A stretch of 63,451 bases of DNA, the filler included, from Phoronis australis (lineage: Eukaryota > Animalia > Phoronida), in the NCBI GenBank assembly GCA_002633005.1. It is 3 parts of 3 records of this genome, joined end to end, with 100 filler letters (N's around TTAATTAATTAA, not from the genome) between each part and the next. Parts side by side here need not be neighbours in the genome. Positions count along the whole stretch, not along the records: positions 1 to 24,176 come from NMRA01001165.1; positions 24,277 to 52,656 come from NMRA01001302.1; 1 more part is not named here. One strand, given 5' to 3'. How positions within the stretch are numbered: the stretch's first letter is position 1; each line of letters opens with the position of its first letter. The notes under the pieces are model-generated. The model was not told the origin of the DNA, searched no databases, and worked only from the letters and a program-made list of their open reading frames with translations. Below, piece after piece: positions 13,390 to 25,818 of the stretch. Made by a program: the position numbers and the translations under genes.

Positions 13390-14120
13390 CTCAGGACCTT
13401 CACTGGGCAAAACCAGAGGTTCATTGGGAACTTAAAAACAACAAGCATAATAAATTCAGTTAATATTATTAACTGGTTACAATTTGACTAAGATCATTCT
13501 TACAGTTAAGATTACTCACTCACTGCTTCGACACCATAAAGGTTCTCAACAGGTGGGGACAATGCTGCGACAATGCTGCAGAACAAAATTCTTTCCCAAC
13601 CTGCTGGAAAAAGTGCCTTAAGTAAGGTGGGCCTGTAACAAAAAGAACTACAAACAAAACACAAGCAAAGTTATTTCTATTAAATTACACAGTTGACTAA
13701 AAAATTAGATGTGCTAAGAACCTTTTGATAAAAATTGGTAAACTACCCAGATGGATCAAGATCTTATTATATTTGATAAAAAGTGAAAAAGTAAAATGTT
13801 TTTGGAGAAAACTCGCTGAAAAAGGTGTACTGCCCATTTGGTCATAAATTCAAAAGGGCCAAGGATGGTGAACCTCTTTGACACCACTTTTTGCCTCAAA
13901 AATAGCAAACTTTTATCAACAACATGAAATAAAACATGAGAAAGTACTCAACTGATTTAGTTCACATTACATTACGTATAAGATACATTATGGCCTCTTA
14001 CAACAGTTATTGTATACTTATCGTGACCAACACTATTTAGCTACTCATAGCGTGTCATTTAATGGGCAGAGCATAGTCTCAAGAGCTACTGAAAGACCAG
14101 AAATCAGTGCTCATCTGAGT
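13390..14120 (-). repeat. Further copy of the exon-bearing module seen at 7430-8790; probable upstream exons of the BEN gene
   Basis: High similarity to 8090-8790, including the TACATTAT.GCCTCTTACAACAGTTATTGTATA block. Confidence 0.8.
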
Positions 14121-14870
14121 GTGGTCACATGACCAAGCATTTTAGTAAAATGTAGTATTAAGGAGATACATTCATAGCAAAATGCTAGTGTCAATACAAT
14201 GACTGAGTTTTGGTTGAACTAAATTCTCAAAACTTTTGTTGCATTTTTCTCTCGTTGCTTCATTTTTGTTTTATGCTGATTTCCAAGTGTTTTTGAGAAT
14301 TGTGCATGAATTACATTATACCTGAAACTATTGATTGAATCTGATCAGCTATTTCTGAAATACAATTTTCAAAATTTGTCCATTGTAAGTTGAAAAGAAC
14401 ACAATATGTAAATCATAATAGGTACATATATTATGTAATAAAAAGTGATTCGCTTCATCTTGTACAAATACTGACAAATGTCAACAAATCTAGATGCCAC
14501 TCAAATGTCAAGTTTAGATTTTTTGCCATCAACTTGCAAAATGTTTCTACACATTTTGAAGACAAGCATGGGTAAAATATATAATAATTCCTGAATCGGC
14601 ATATAAGCTGCCTGCAGCAAAACACAAATTGCTTGTGCTGAGCTAGCCAAGAAGCATTTTTTAATGTGAATTACTGTTTAGTGTTAAGCCATTTTATGAC
14701 AATAACACATAACCGGTTCTTCTGAAAATTTAAACTTTTCTGTTTTGGTCCAAAGTCACGATTTTATAGGCTCATGTGGATAAATAAGGTAACAACTACA
14801 TGAAAAAGATATATTTTAACAATTTCAGTACAATCTGCCATACATGTACAAATGTAATAACAAAAACGAT

Positions 14871-16718
14871 GCTTAAACTTAAGAATATCTGTACAAGTAC
14901 GTTTTAAAATCGGTATCTCCTACTCTGGCCTAAAATTAAGCACAAATGCAAGTAACATAAACTCGTCTTAAATTTAAGAATTTCTGTACAAGGTCTGAAA
15001 TCTGGACTAAAATTAAGCACAAATGCAAGTAACATAAACTCGTCTTAAATTTAAGAATTTCTATACAAGATCTGAAATCTGGCCTAAAATTAAGCTCAAG
15101 GGTAAGTAACATAAACCCTCGCTTAAATGTAAGAATATCTGTACAAGGTCTTAAATATGGCCTAAAATTAAGCAAAAGAGCAAGCAACATACATGTACAT
15201 CCCGCTTAAATTTAAGAATATCTGTACAAGGTCTTAAATCTGGCCTAAAATTAAGCACAAGGGTAAGTAAAATACATGTTAATTCAGCTTAAATTTAAGA
15301 ATATCTGTACAAGGTTTTAAATCTGGCCTAAAATTAAGCAAAAGAGCAAGCAACATACATGTACATCCCGCTTAAATTCAAGAATATCTGTACAAGGTCT
15401 TAAATCTGGCCTAAAATTAAGCAAAAGAGCAAGCAACATACATGTACATCCCGCTTAAATTTAAGAATATCTGTGCTAGGTCTGAAATCTGGCCTAAAAT
15501 TAAGCAAAAGAGCAAGCAACATACATGTACATCCCGCTTAAATTTAAGAATATCTGTGCTAGGTCTGAAATCTGGCCTAAAATTAAGCAAAAGAGCAAGC
15601 AACATACATGTACATCCCGCTTAAATTTAAGAATATCTGTGCTAGGTCTGAAATCTGGCCTAAAATTAAGCAAAAGAGCAAGCAGCATACATGTACATCC
15701 CGCTTAAATTTAAGAATTTCTGTGCAAGGTCTGAAATCTGGTTTAAAATTAAGCACTAGAGCAAGTAACATAAACATGGCTTAAATTTAAGAAATTCTAT
15801 ACAAGATCTGAAATCTGGCCTAAAATTAAGCACAAGGGTAAGTAAAATACATGTAAATCCCGCTTAAATTTAAGAATATCTGTGCTAGGTCTGAAATCTG
15901 GCCTAAAATTAAGCATAAGAGCAAGCAACATACATGTACATCCCGCTTAAATTGAAGAATATCTGTACAAGGTCTTAAATCTGGCCTAAAATTAAGCAAA
16001 AGAGCAAGCAACATACATGTACATCCCGCTTAAATTTAAGAATTTCTGTGCAAGGTCTGAAATCTGGCCTAAAATTAAGCACTAGAGCAAGTAACATAAA
16101 CATGGCTTAAATTTAAGAATTTCTATACAAGATCTGAAATCTGGCCTAAAATTAAGCACAAGGGTAAGTAAAATACATGTAAATCCCGCTTAAATTTAAG
16201 AATATCTATGCTAGGTCTGAAATCTGGCCTAAAATTAAGCATAAGAGCAAGCAACATACATGTACATCCCGCTTAAATTTAAAAATTTCTGTGCAAGGTC
16301 TGAAATCTGGCCTAAAATTAAGCACGCATGTAAGTAATAAAATCCTGCTTAAATTTAAGANCTTAAATTTAAGAATATCTGTGCTAGGTCTGAAATCTGG
16401 CCTAAAATTAAGCACAAGGGTAAGTAAAATACATGTAAATCCCGCTTAAATTGAAGAATATCTGTGCTAGGTCTGAAATCTGGCCTAAAATTAAGCAAAA
16501 GAGCAAGCAACATACATGAACATCCCGCTTAAATTTAAGAATTTCTGTGCAAGGTCTGAAATCTGGCCTAAAATTAAGCACACATGTAAGTAATAAAATC
16601 CTGCTTAAATTTAAGAATACCTGTACAAGTTTCAAAATCGGCATCTCCTACTCTGGCCTAAAATTATGCACAAGAGCAAGTACCATAAATCCCGCTTAAA
16701 TTGAAGAATATCTGTACA
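14871..16718. repeat. Satellite-like tandem array, ~83-bp monomer with shorter (~75-77 bp) variants
   Basis: Repeating unit CCCGCTTAAATTTAAGAATATCTGTGCTAGGTCTGAAATCTGGCCTAAAATTAAGCAAAAGAGCAAGCAACATACATGTACAT; identical ORFs offset by 83 bp (15417, 15500, 15583). Confidence 0.97.
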
Positions 16719-17284
16719 GTCAACTTTCATTATCACCGTTCCCTTAGGCTTAAACTTAGTCACGTCTGTACTGAGTCAATGAACACCAAGAGCATTGCTC
16801 TAACTTAAATTTAACCAATCGTGTTCCTCAGGACTTCTTCCGTTCCCAACAACATCATTGACTCAAGACAATGCGTACATGGTTTTGATCCATGCAAAAT
16901 TACTAATTCAAAGACTAACGTATGCATTGCACTTGACTTGAGTTGCTACCGGAAATGCAACACCTTAAGAAACTTTAAGCGTCACTGTCCGAAATTCAGA
17001 TTTATGTACAATTCTTTGGTAGACCTACCGTTTTATCAGAAAAGAAAGCAACACCGTGTATTTACATTTTTGCAGTTTTTTGATCATAGCTCTAAGAAGT
17101 TGTTGGCTTAACAAAAATTTTAATATTTGGAGCAATGGAAATTTTACAAATGTTGAAAATTCTTAGTGCGCTTGCAATGACATAAAATCAAGCAAGTATC
17201 TATATTTCGTTGTGTTCAGCTATATAAGTGCAGTGCACTATTGTTTACAACCACATCCGGGAAGGTAACAAAATTAATTTAAGG

Positions 17285-20200
17285 TTACAGTGTAGTACCC
17301 TTCAAGTCTCTGATTTTTTTTGAAACGAAAGCAGGGAGTCTTAGAGTCGGTGTCAAATGGAAAGGACAAATTAATCTTTGGGTGTCAATGATGACATGTT
17401 TAAAAGTACCATTTGGTTTAAGGTGTGGTTTCCACTGGGAATTCAATTTGCCAGAAAAACATTTGATTTTCAGTTGTTGCCCATTTTTTTGAATTTCTTC
17501 GACCTCTCCAACTTTGACTCCCTTCTGATTGTTTTTGGCTGTGTAAATAATCATAAAGCCAACAGCAGGGGCTGATTTTTTAATGACTCTACTTTCTTGT
17601 GCAACTGCTTCATTACTTTGGGCATTGTGCTTAGTTTTGGATTTTTTTTGGATGGTGCCTGAGTAAACCTGAGGGCAGTGTGTCTCCTTATTGCGCAATA
17701 ATGACAATGGTGTGCCCTCAGTTACAGCTGTTGTTAAGGGAGCTNAGCCAACAGCAGGGGCTGATTTTTTAATTACTCTACGTTCTTGTGCAACTGCTTC
17801 ATTACTTTGGGCATTGTGCTTAGTTTTGGATTATTTTTGGATGGTGCCTGAGTAAACCTGAGGGCAGTGTGTCTCCTTATTGCGCAATAATGACAATGGT
17901 GTGCCCTCAGTTACAGCTGTTGTTAAGGGAGCTTCTCTTTCATCAGCGCATATGTCAAGGAGATCCAAAAACCATTCAGTGCTTGTACCGGGGTATTTCT
18001 CGACAATTCTAGCCACCTCTGTCTCAGGAGCTTGTATGAGTTTTTGGAAGCAGTTGTACTGTTGGAAGTTCAGGTGAGCTTTTGATTTTCTACAGCATTC
18101 CTAAATGCTGGAAAATCTGTTTTTTCAAACCTTGGGGTTACTTTATCGGGTTTGCCTGAATTATAGAAGAACAATATATTGTTAATGACTGGCTTAATAT
18201 TACACTTAGGGCTGTTCCAGCAAAATCTGTATGGGAGGGGGAAGGCACTTTTATTTCGTACCTGCCGCCCATATTTTTCATTTATTTCTTCAACCCATGA
18301 CTCATAAATTTTTAATTAATAGGTTAAAATATAAAATCCAACACTTGCAAACAAATTGCCTTCAGATGACCTGTTAAGAACTTAGGTGATTCACAGACAA
18401 GAACCAGTTGCCTTGTCCTATATTGTCAAAAACTTAAGTAGCCAAGAGGGTAGTCGAATGAAAACGAAAATGACTTCTGTCAACGAGTCCATCCCTGCTA
18501 CATATTTTTGTGCCAAAGTTCCAGTTATGCCTAGCACTTTTTGAGTTAATCAACCTGTTTTGTCAAAAATGGGGTGCCACAGTAGTTCAAGCCAGCGTCC
18601 AAAATTTGACTGGTGCGGGCACATTCTTTCGATATACTTCTATTTCGACTTTCATCGTCAGTGATCAGTGAAGCAGTTTTTGAGATAATCAACACACAAG
18701 GAATGGCTTGTCGAAAACTAAAGCGGCCAACATGGGGTACCAAGGTGGCCAAACCCACCCGGAAATCGACTGGTGGAGGCGCATCCTTGCCAAGTACATC
18801 CTAACCAATTTCCATCATGATCCACCAAGCCGTTCTTGAGATAACTGATGGACAAGAAAGGATGACTGACTGACCGACCTCAAAGTTTTTGTGGGAGCAA
18901 AAAATCCATGTGAGATCACAACTAATATCAGTTACCAGAAACTTGCTTTTCAAATACACGTGTGAGCAATACTTTAAGCAGCCACCAGGTGTCTATGTTC
19001 ATCATGTGTCTGTAATTTCAATTAAGATTTTTTTAATTACATGGATCTATGAATCTCAAACTGTCTCCACGAACTCTTTTATACTTCTAATTCAAGTGAA
19101 TATTGGAACTTAATTATCTTACTCTTCATACTTTTTGTTTAACACCAATTTGGTCTAGCAGAAATTTTCATTCTAAAATGACTGCAGTTGAACATGTGCT
19201 TGTAATGAAGTTGCCCATGACTTGATTAATGGCTTAGTGTACATATTGCACTCTATACCCGTGGCAACATGGGCTTGTTTTTTGTTTCGGGATATGGTTG
19301 GGTATTTGCCAAGAGAATTTTTGTTGAGTTTTGATTTCTTGTGGGTTGCGTTTGGACGAAAATCCCAACCTGTCAACATTCACAGGTCAAAAAATACCAC
19401 CTAGTTTTATAGCTTCACTTCTTACTTGAACGACCACCCATAATTGAGTTTATTTTTGAAGACAACTACTATTGACGTCCCCCCCTCCCATACGGATTTT
19501 GCTGGAACAGCCCTTAGACGGCTGTTAAAACGCCATATATCACAGAAAAAATAGTTTATAACACGAAAAATAACAAACTTGACCCAGATTGATGTTAAAT
19601 CTAATTTAGGTTTCTTCGGGTACTTCAAGGAGCTGTGTTACCGTTGTTGACTGAAACTAGTGCATGTCATTTTATGCGTCCAACGCGATCTCAAAGACTA
19701 ATTGCATTCTACGTGTTCTTTGCGAACGCAGATGCTTCTTGGGCACATGTTGAGCCCAATTTCAGAATCACAGAAATTACATCACGGGGCATAACTGGAA
19801 ATACCTGCTGGAATTTGCTGTAAACCGTCTGGTCCAATCTTGAATATTTCCAGGGCAGTCTCTGGTGAAGGTAGCCAGTCTTCATCGGTTGACCACATTT
19901 TATACCGAACTGCAACATGGTCATCTGTGTCTTTGAATATCCTAAAAATAGAAAACAGGAGATGTTAATCTTCTCTGTATATCAGCTCTTTGGGGAAAGT
20001 GAATAGTTATTATTCCACAAATGAAGTTCGAACATATAATATTTCAAAAAAGTAACTACATGCGGTTTCTGAACATTATATTACACAAACAGAATGTCCG
20101 TCTCGGCTACGACTAGATATAATCACCAAGCTGTTTCGAAGAAGCGTGCAAATAGATCGCGGGGAATTGAACTAGAAAATTGCACGTTTGTCTGTATTGG

Positions 20201-23200
20201 TTACTTAAGTTGTAGAAAAGATTATCATTTGAAACGGTGCCTTGACACGTCTTTGTGTTCAATGTCCTTGTAGAGCGTTACTAGAAACGAAAAATTAATA
20301 TAAAAAAATAATTACCGGAAGACATGAGGGTGACTGTGTTGGTGAAGTGGCTGGAGGTAAGGGTTCAACCAGTTCCGAATGTCAAATATCGTTCCCAGCA
20401 TCACAGGCTTTGGTTGCTGTCGGAGGGAACACCGCATGACTTCCAAAAGTTCCTCTATTGATTTAGCATCGTATCTCTGCAATGCATGAGATACTTTGCT
20501 GAAGCGCTGGTCGATGTCCTCATGCGTGTGCCCTTTCATAAGAAAAGACAGAATCACCTACAACAGATAAATAACCTCATATGACGTGCAAAATAAGACG
20601 TCCAGGTAAATAATGAACTTGCAGATACATTGCATATCTTACATCATAAAACGACTGTATTTATACATCACAATTGAGATGTCAGACAGTCTGAATCACA
20701 CAAGTAATTGAACCAAATCCTTCGTGTAGAAAAACACATGTTTCATCTTCCTTTGCATTGTCAAATTTACGTTTACAATTCGTTTGTGTGTAAAAATAAT
20801 TGTCACCTTATGTACTGTCTCGTTCACCAAGAGTGCAATATGGAAAACAACAGACATTCATTGAGCAACGTAAAGCTATTTGTCACCGTCACTAATTTTC
20901 ACATAATTTGGTTGCGTATCTGGCTAGGGCTGTTCCAGTAAAATCCGTGTGGGAGGGAGGGGGCGGCAGTAGAAATAAAAATTCATGCCTGGGTGGTGGT
21001 CTTCAGAAAAAAATCAAATTATGGGTGGTCGTTCCTGTAAGAAGTGATGCATAAAATATAGGTGGTATTTTTTGACCTGTTTATGTTGACAGGTTGGTTA
21101 CTTCAGCCGTCAAAACTAAAAAAAAGGCAATTGGCATATATCCTAACTTATCCCAATACAATAAAGCCCATATTGCCAGTGAACAGAGTGCAATATGTTC
21201 ACTATGCCTTTAATCAAGTCATGGGCAACTTGATTTGAGCCAGCTGTTTTTCTGCAGTCCTATTGAATTGAAAAGTTATGCAATACTAAATTGACATATA
21301 AGAAAATTGATGATTTTTAAATCAAAATATGAGGAGTAAGATAAACAAGTTCCAATATTCACTTGACATAGAAGTATAAAAGAGTTCGTGGAGACAGTTT
21401 GAGATTCATAGATCCTTATAATTGAAAAAATGTTCATTGACATTATAGACACATGGTGAACAGAGACACCTGGTGGCTGCCAAAAGTATTGCTCACAGGC
21501 TACTTTAGTTTTTGACAATATTGGACAAGACAACTAGTTCTTGTCTGTCAATCATCTAAGTTCATAACAGGTCCTCCTGGAGGCAATTTGTTTTCAAGTG
21601 TTGGATTTTATATTTTAACCTATTAAAAATAATTAAGAAATTATGGGTCATGGGTTGGAGAAATAAATGAAAAATATGGGCTGGTGGGTGGGTACGAAAT
21701 AAAAGTACGAAATAAAAGTGCCTCCCCCCATACAGATTTTGCTGGAACAGCCCCTATTGTGTTTAATCTAAAAATTGATCGAATAGTCGTGTTGCGTTGT
21801 GAGGACAGGCCCTGGAAATTTTAAGTTAAACGAGATTGATAAAATTCAGATTTCATGTCTTTTAGTTATAACAATATAAAACACACAGTCATGTCTGTGA
21901 CAACATCGTCATTATCGCTGTTACCTCTTTGATAAAGCCTCGTTTCACTAGGAGGGCTAGCATGGCAATGACAAATTTATTTTTGTTCTCCCGGCCACAG
22001 TTGTCACACTGCACATACAATATTGGTGGCAATCTATTTTGCTCGTCTCTGTATGCTAATACTGCATCGAGTACACAGTTGAGCATCATGTTAGAATCAT
22101 GTGGCCATTGAAGAAGGTCTAGGTAGAAGTGTGTCTTCTTTCCATGGACAATAACGCCAGTGATATGTGTCCTGAGGGAGTGAACAGCGCTCTGAAAGTT
22201 ATCCAATCAAACATGAATTAATGAAGTTTAAAGACCAGACTTTTTATGACTTCTGTCTTCATCATGTATCATGCTGAAATACTAGTGCTTGCTCCCAGAG
22301 TGTGATAACAGTCATTTTGTAGCGTATTTTTTAATTTGTCATTAGATTAAGTCGAGAAAACAATGGGTTGACATGTATTATGCATGTACGGCTGAAAAAG
22401 CATACCTTTGGTTGTTTCCATCCCTTGTAATGGGGCAAGTTAGTCTTGGCTTGGTCCATCCCGTCCACAATGACGCTCATTTTTTGTTTAGGTGCACATA
22501 CTGCTGAAGCTCTACGAGTATAGTATGCTTCCCTTTCAGCCCTAAAATAGTCATAGAGTATTCCCAATAAGTGAGTTCTACAACTGTGAATCCATCTCAG
22601 GACGTTTAAGTCTTAGAACAACAGTTCTTCTACTTTTGTGACTGTTTTTCATAGCAAGAATATGTTCAGATTATTGCATGGTCACGTGATACAGTTATTA
22701 CACTGTAGTTATTGGAACAAATGTGGTATACACGCGTTTTATGAAAGCCGGGATGTACATGTAATAGGAATCGGTAGCTGCACCGAATACGTATTTTTAT
22801 CGGACTCCTGAAAATATTTACTTGGCACAGCAACACGCTTATATCAGTCAACCGTATAACCACGCCATGCAATGTAATAAAATACAAAATTACGATGGCC
22901 TATAATAGAGGAGTTAGTAACACAAAGACATTGATCACCCAAGTAAATTCTCAGTGACTAAATCGATATTTTCATCCATTGAAAATTACACGTTCCATGA
23001 ATTATGTACAATGATCGTGCCTAGCGATTACAATATTGCAGCATTTGCTAAATATACTCTGATCTTGTAGGAAATTGAAGGTCACGTACTGCTGCTGCGC
23101 CAAATGCGCGTTCCTGTCTTTGATGAGACTGTCTCGTATTCTGGCATCTGGTTCTTTGCTAATGAGCTCTCTTGCTAACATACACAGATCACACCCAGCC

Positions 23201-23211
23201 ACTTTGCAATA
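17285..23211 (-). CDS. Spliced DUF7869-type (Sola-like DDD) transposase or transposase-derived gene; exons 23090-23211, 22406-22541, 21925-22191, 20316-20557, 19805-19941, 17285-18155; 5' end not found
   Basis: All five introns are GT-AG with matching phases. Motifs: CDLC...H; SVIVDGMDQAKTNLP; LYVQCDNCGRENKN; SFLMKGHTHEDIDQRFSKVS; HSHPHVFRIFK..YKMW; C-terminal W.P...F.LT..LRLP. One 1-bp frameshift in an A-run near 18086-18089 and an n-joined duplication in the last exon. Confidence 0.8.
18209..19513 (+). mobile_element. PIF/Harbinger-type non-autonomous element (MITE), copy 1, intronic
   Basis: TIRs GGGCTGTTCCAGCAAAATC.GTATGGGAGGGGG at both ends; TTA target-site duplication (18206-18208 and 19514-19516). 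Confidence 0.92.
20927..21753 (-). mobile_element. PIF/Harbinger-type MITE, copy 2, inverted relative to copy 1, intronic
   Basis: Same TIRs; CTA TSD (20924-20926 and 21754-21756). The interior is the reverse complement of copy 1 but lacks about 18444-18960. Confidence 0.92.
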
Positions 23212-23311
23212 CTATGAAAAGAAAAACAAATCGGTCGTATATGCCTGATTCCGTGTTTGTACGTAAATGTATTCGCACGCAAGCACCCACGGTCACAACA
23301 ACGTATTTATT

Positions 23312-24176
23312 TGCCGTGTTTGCCCTAATAAGCACCACTTCAGGAAGGGGTGCTTATTATATCTCAAAGTGGTTGAAACCCGGTCTCCGAAACAGGTGAA
23401 ATCGTAAGCTAGAATTGATTAAATTTACTCTCCTGTGACGCCCCTGTAACCTATGGCAGACTTTCTACAAAGTTGCAGTGCATTGCTATCAAACTTTGTT
23501 GCTGAATTACGAGCATTTTTTTAGAAAATTCCAACGCGAAAACTCGCCCACTGATGCGCCGCTGCCTCGCGACCGCCGATAGGTCAATTTGAATTCAAGA
23601 GTAAAAATATAGCTTCGACTCAACAAACTACCTGAAGTCCTACTTAATTTCAAAATAGCTTTCCTAACATTTGTTACTGTGGATTCGGGATTAACTGCAT
23701 ATCAAGTCCAAATGTGCGTTAAAGTCATACTCCGCAACACTAGAAGAACCTGTGGACGAACCAAATGTTGTTGTGGTCACGTGATGTTTGTTTTGAAGTT
23801 CGTCTGCAGTTGTGCAGAGTAAGCGAGCGCGTGCGTGTCAACAGTGTCCAATTACCAGGGTAAGCACGATGTTACAATCTAGGTGTGCATCTGCTAAAAA
23901 CGTTCGAGAATAGGCTCGGTAAGGCCGATATTGAGTATCCCAGTGACTAGATGCGTGACAGTCTAACAGTTATTGGTCGGGAGAATCTGGGTGTAAGGGT
24001 GTGGAAGAGTTCACAGTCAGTGGGTCATTTTGACTTTAAAAACACCCTATACTATTAATTAAATAATTCCTATTCAAAACAGCGCAAACGTTTTTACAGC
24101 ATAAGAAACCTTCGAAAATAAGTGCCAGTATTTAATTCTTGCCGATACTATGCTACCCGTTCCTTGAATAAATAGT
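23312..24176 (+). mobile_element. Left part of a TIR DNA element (Mariner/pogo-like end), homologous to 51030-52582; runs into a gap
   Basis: TGCCGTGTTTGCCCTAATAAGCACC is the inverted counterpart of GGCGCTAATTAGGGCGAATAGTGGCA (52557-52582). Internal blocks GACTCAACAAA.TACCTGAA, CATCTGCTAAAAACGTTCGAGAAT and GTGGGTCATTTTGAC are shared with 51400-52090. Confidence 0.7.
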
Positions 24177-25818
24177 NNNNNNNNNNNNNNNNNNNNNNNN
24201 NNNNNNNNNNNNNNNNNNNNTTAATTAATTAANNNNNNNNNNNNNNNNNNNNNNNNNNNNNNNNNNNNNNNNNNNNGTGAGACACGTCTTGTGATGGAAG
24301 TTGTGAGAGGTCCTAAATATTCTCCCAGCTGGTCGCGCACGTCCTATGGTGATATATGTTCGCATTTACTTTTTTCGCCAGCTGTGAAATCATAAGATTT
24401 GGCAGCCTTCAGAAACACTGAAATATATTCGGTGTAAATATCTGGGGAACGTTACATGAGAACTGAACTACGAGAGTAAAGAGCAAAAGCAAAACTTTGT
24501 CTAAATTAAGAAAAAAGACGAAAATGCTGCAGAGTCGGACATTTGTCTTCGACCATAACTTAGACTGAATTTAAATCGAATTTTGATATAGATGATCATG
24601 CAAACTTTACCACCGGATTGGTCTATGAAGCGTGTTAACACATTTTGGTCTGAAGATAACTCAAAGTGGTCGAAGTTAAAACAGAAAATATCCACGCAAG
24701 AATTACAACGTTTGAAACACGTTCAACTGCTATCTCTGCATTAAATGTAGTTGATGTATTTGCCGACAGGGACCATCTCAGTCTCTCACCATATTGCGTT
24801 TTGATATAACAAAATATAGCTTATTTGAAGTTTAGGTCGCGTAATCACCTAATGAACGTGTTGCAAGTTAACATTCATAAACGCCGGTATAACATTTTAA
24901 ACAACATGTACTCACACCCATAAAGCGCTGGATAGACGTTGCTCCGCCAACTTTGACTGGACCATAGGCTATGAAAACTCAGCTTAATAGACAGTTTCGG
25001 TAAAAAAAGCCGGATTGTCTTTTACGTGGGTTGCAGAGCTATTGAGTCAGTACAGAATGTAGTTTTACAAGCCAAGTCTTTGTTAAGATGATTATAAACG
25101 CAGAGCTCATTACTTTGGGTAAAAAGGTGAGCAAGTTCACCACGGCTGCAGAGAATTGCTGTGACTCTGTAACCCCCAGGCTATACGTGCACAATTTTGA
25201 AAAGGGATGCCTGCTTTTTGGAGATATAGATGGACAGTTGTACGGCTCTAAACGTCTTAAGAGTGACTGGAGAACATCAGGCAAAGGTGGTAACATGACA
25301 TACACGTGTTACATTATTTTGACATATGCTTTATTTTTACATCTACATGTATGTTGAGTGATTAAACCAATAGTAAAAATTCGGGTGAATCTGTGAATGG
25401 ACATACTGAGAGGTCTATGCGAAATTTATTGTCCAAAGATTATCTGTTCTTTGCTCACGATAAATGGTATTCAGTGCAATTATAAGTTTGTGAAAAGGAG
25501 TCATAGCATGCAACAACACGCGGCTACAGAGTTCATTCGGACTCATCGCAATTGTATGTGAAATTTCAGCAACAACACCCGTTCTGATAATTAGGGAAAA
25601 ATCTGTTTAGATCGGCAAATGTCTAATATTCATCGGCATATCATGAAGTTTGTTGTAAACAAGAGCCTGAGCAACTTGCCTACCACAACAACGCGGAGGT
25701 GTGAGCGCATTTTCGCGTAAAACATTTCAAACCAGCTCTGATTTCACTAGTTTTACATGACTCGTTTTTAGTACAACAGTATGCTACCTTCACCTTCACT
25801 ATTAATGTCTTGCATGTC

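Noticed and set aside
14871-16718. CRISPR-like or protein-coding reading of the array
   Set aside because: No unique spacers, no cas genes and a eukaryotic context; the ORFs are by-products of the repeat.
17557-17933. Apparent tandem duplication in the last DUF7869 exon, one copy with a stop
   Set aside because: The copies are joined at a single n (17745), typical of an unmerged contig or haplotype overlap.
24177-24276. TTAATTAATTAA embedded in N runs (also at ~52657-52756)
   Set aside because: Artificial scaffold spacer with stop codons in all six frames; not biological.
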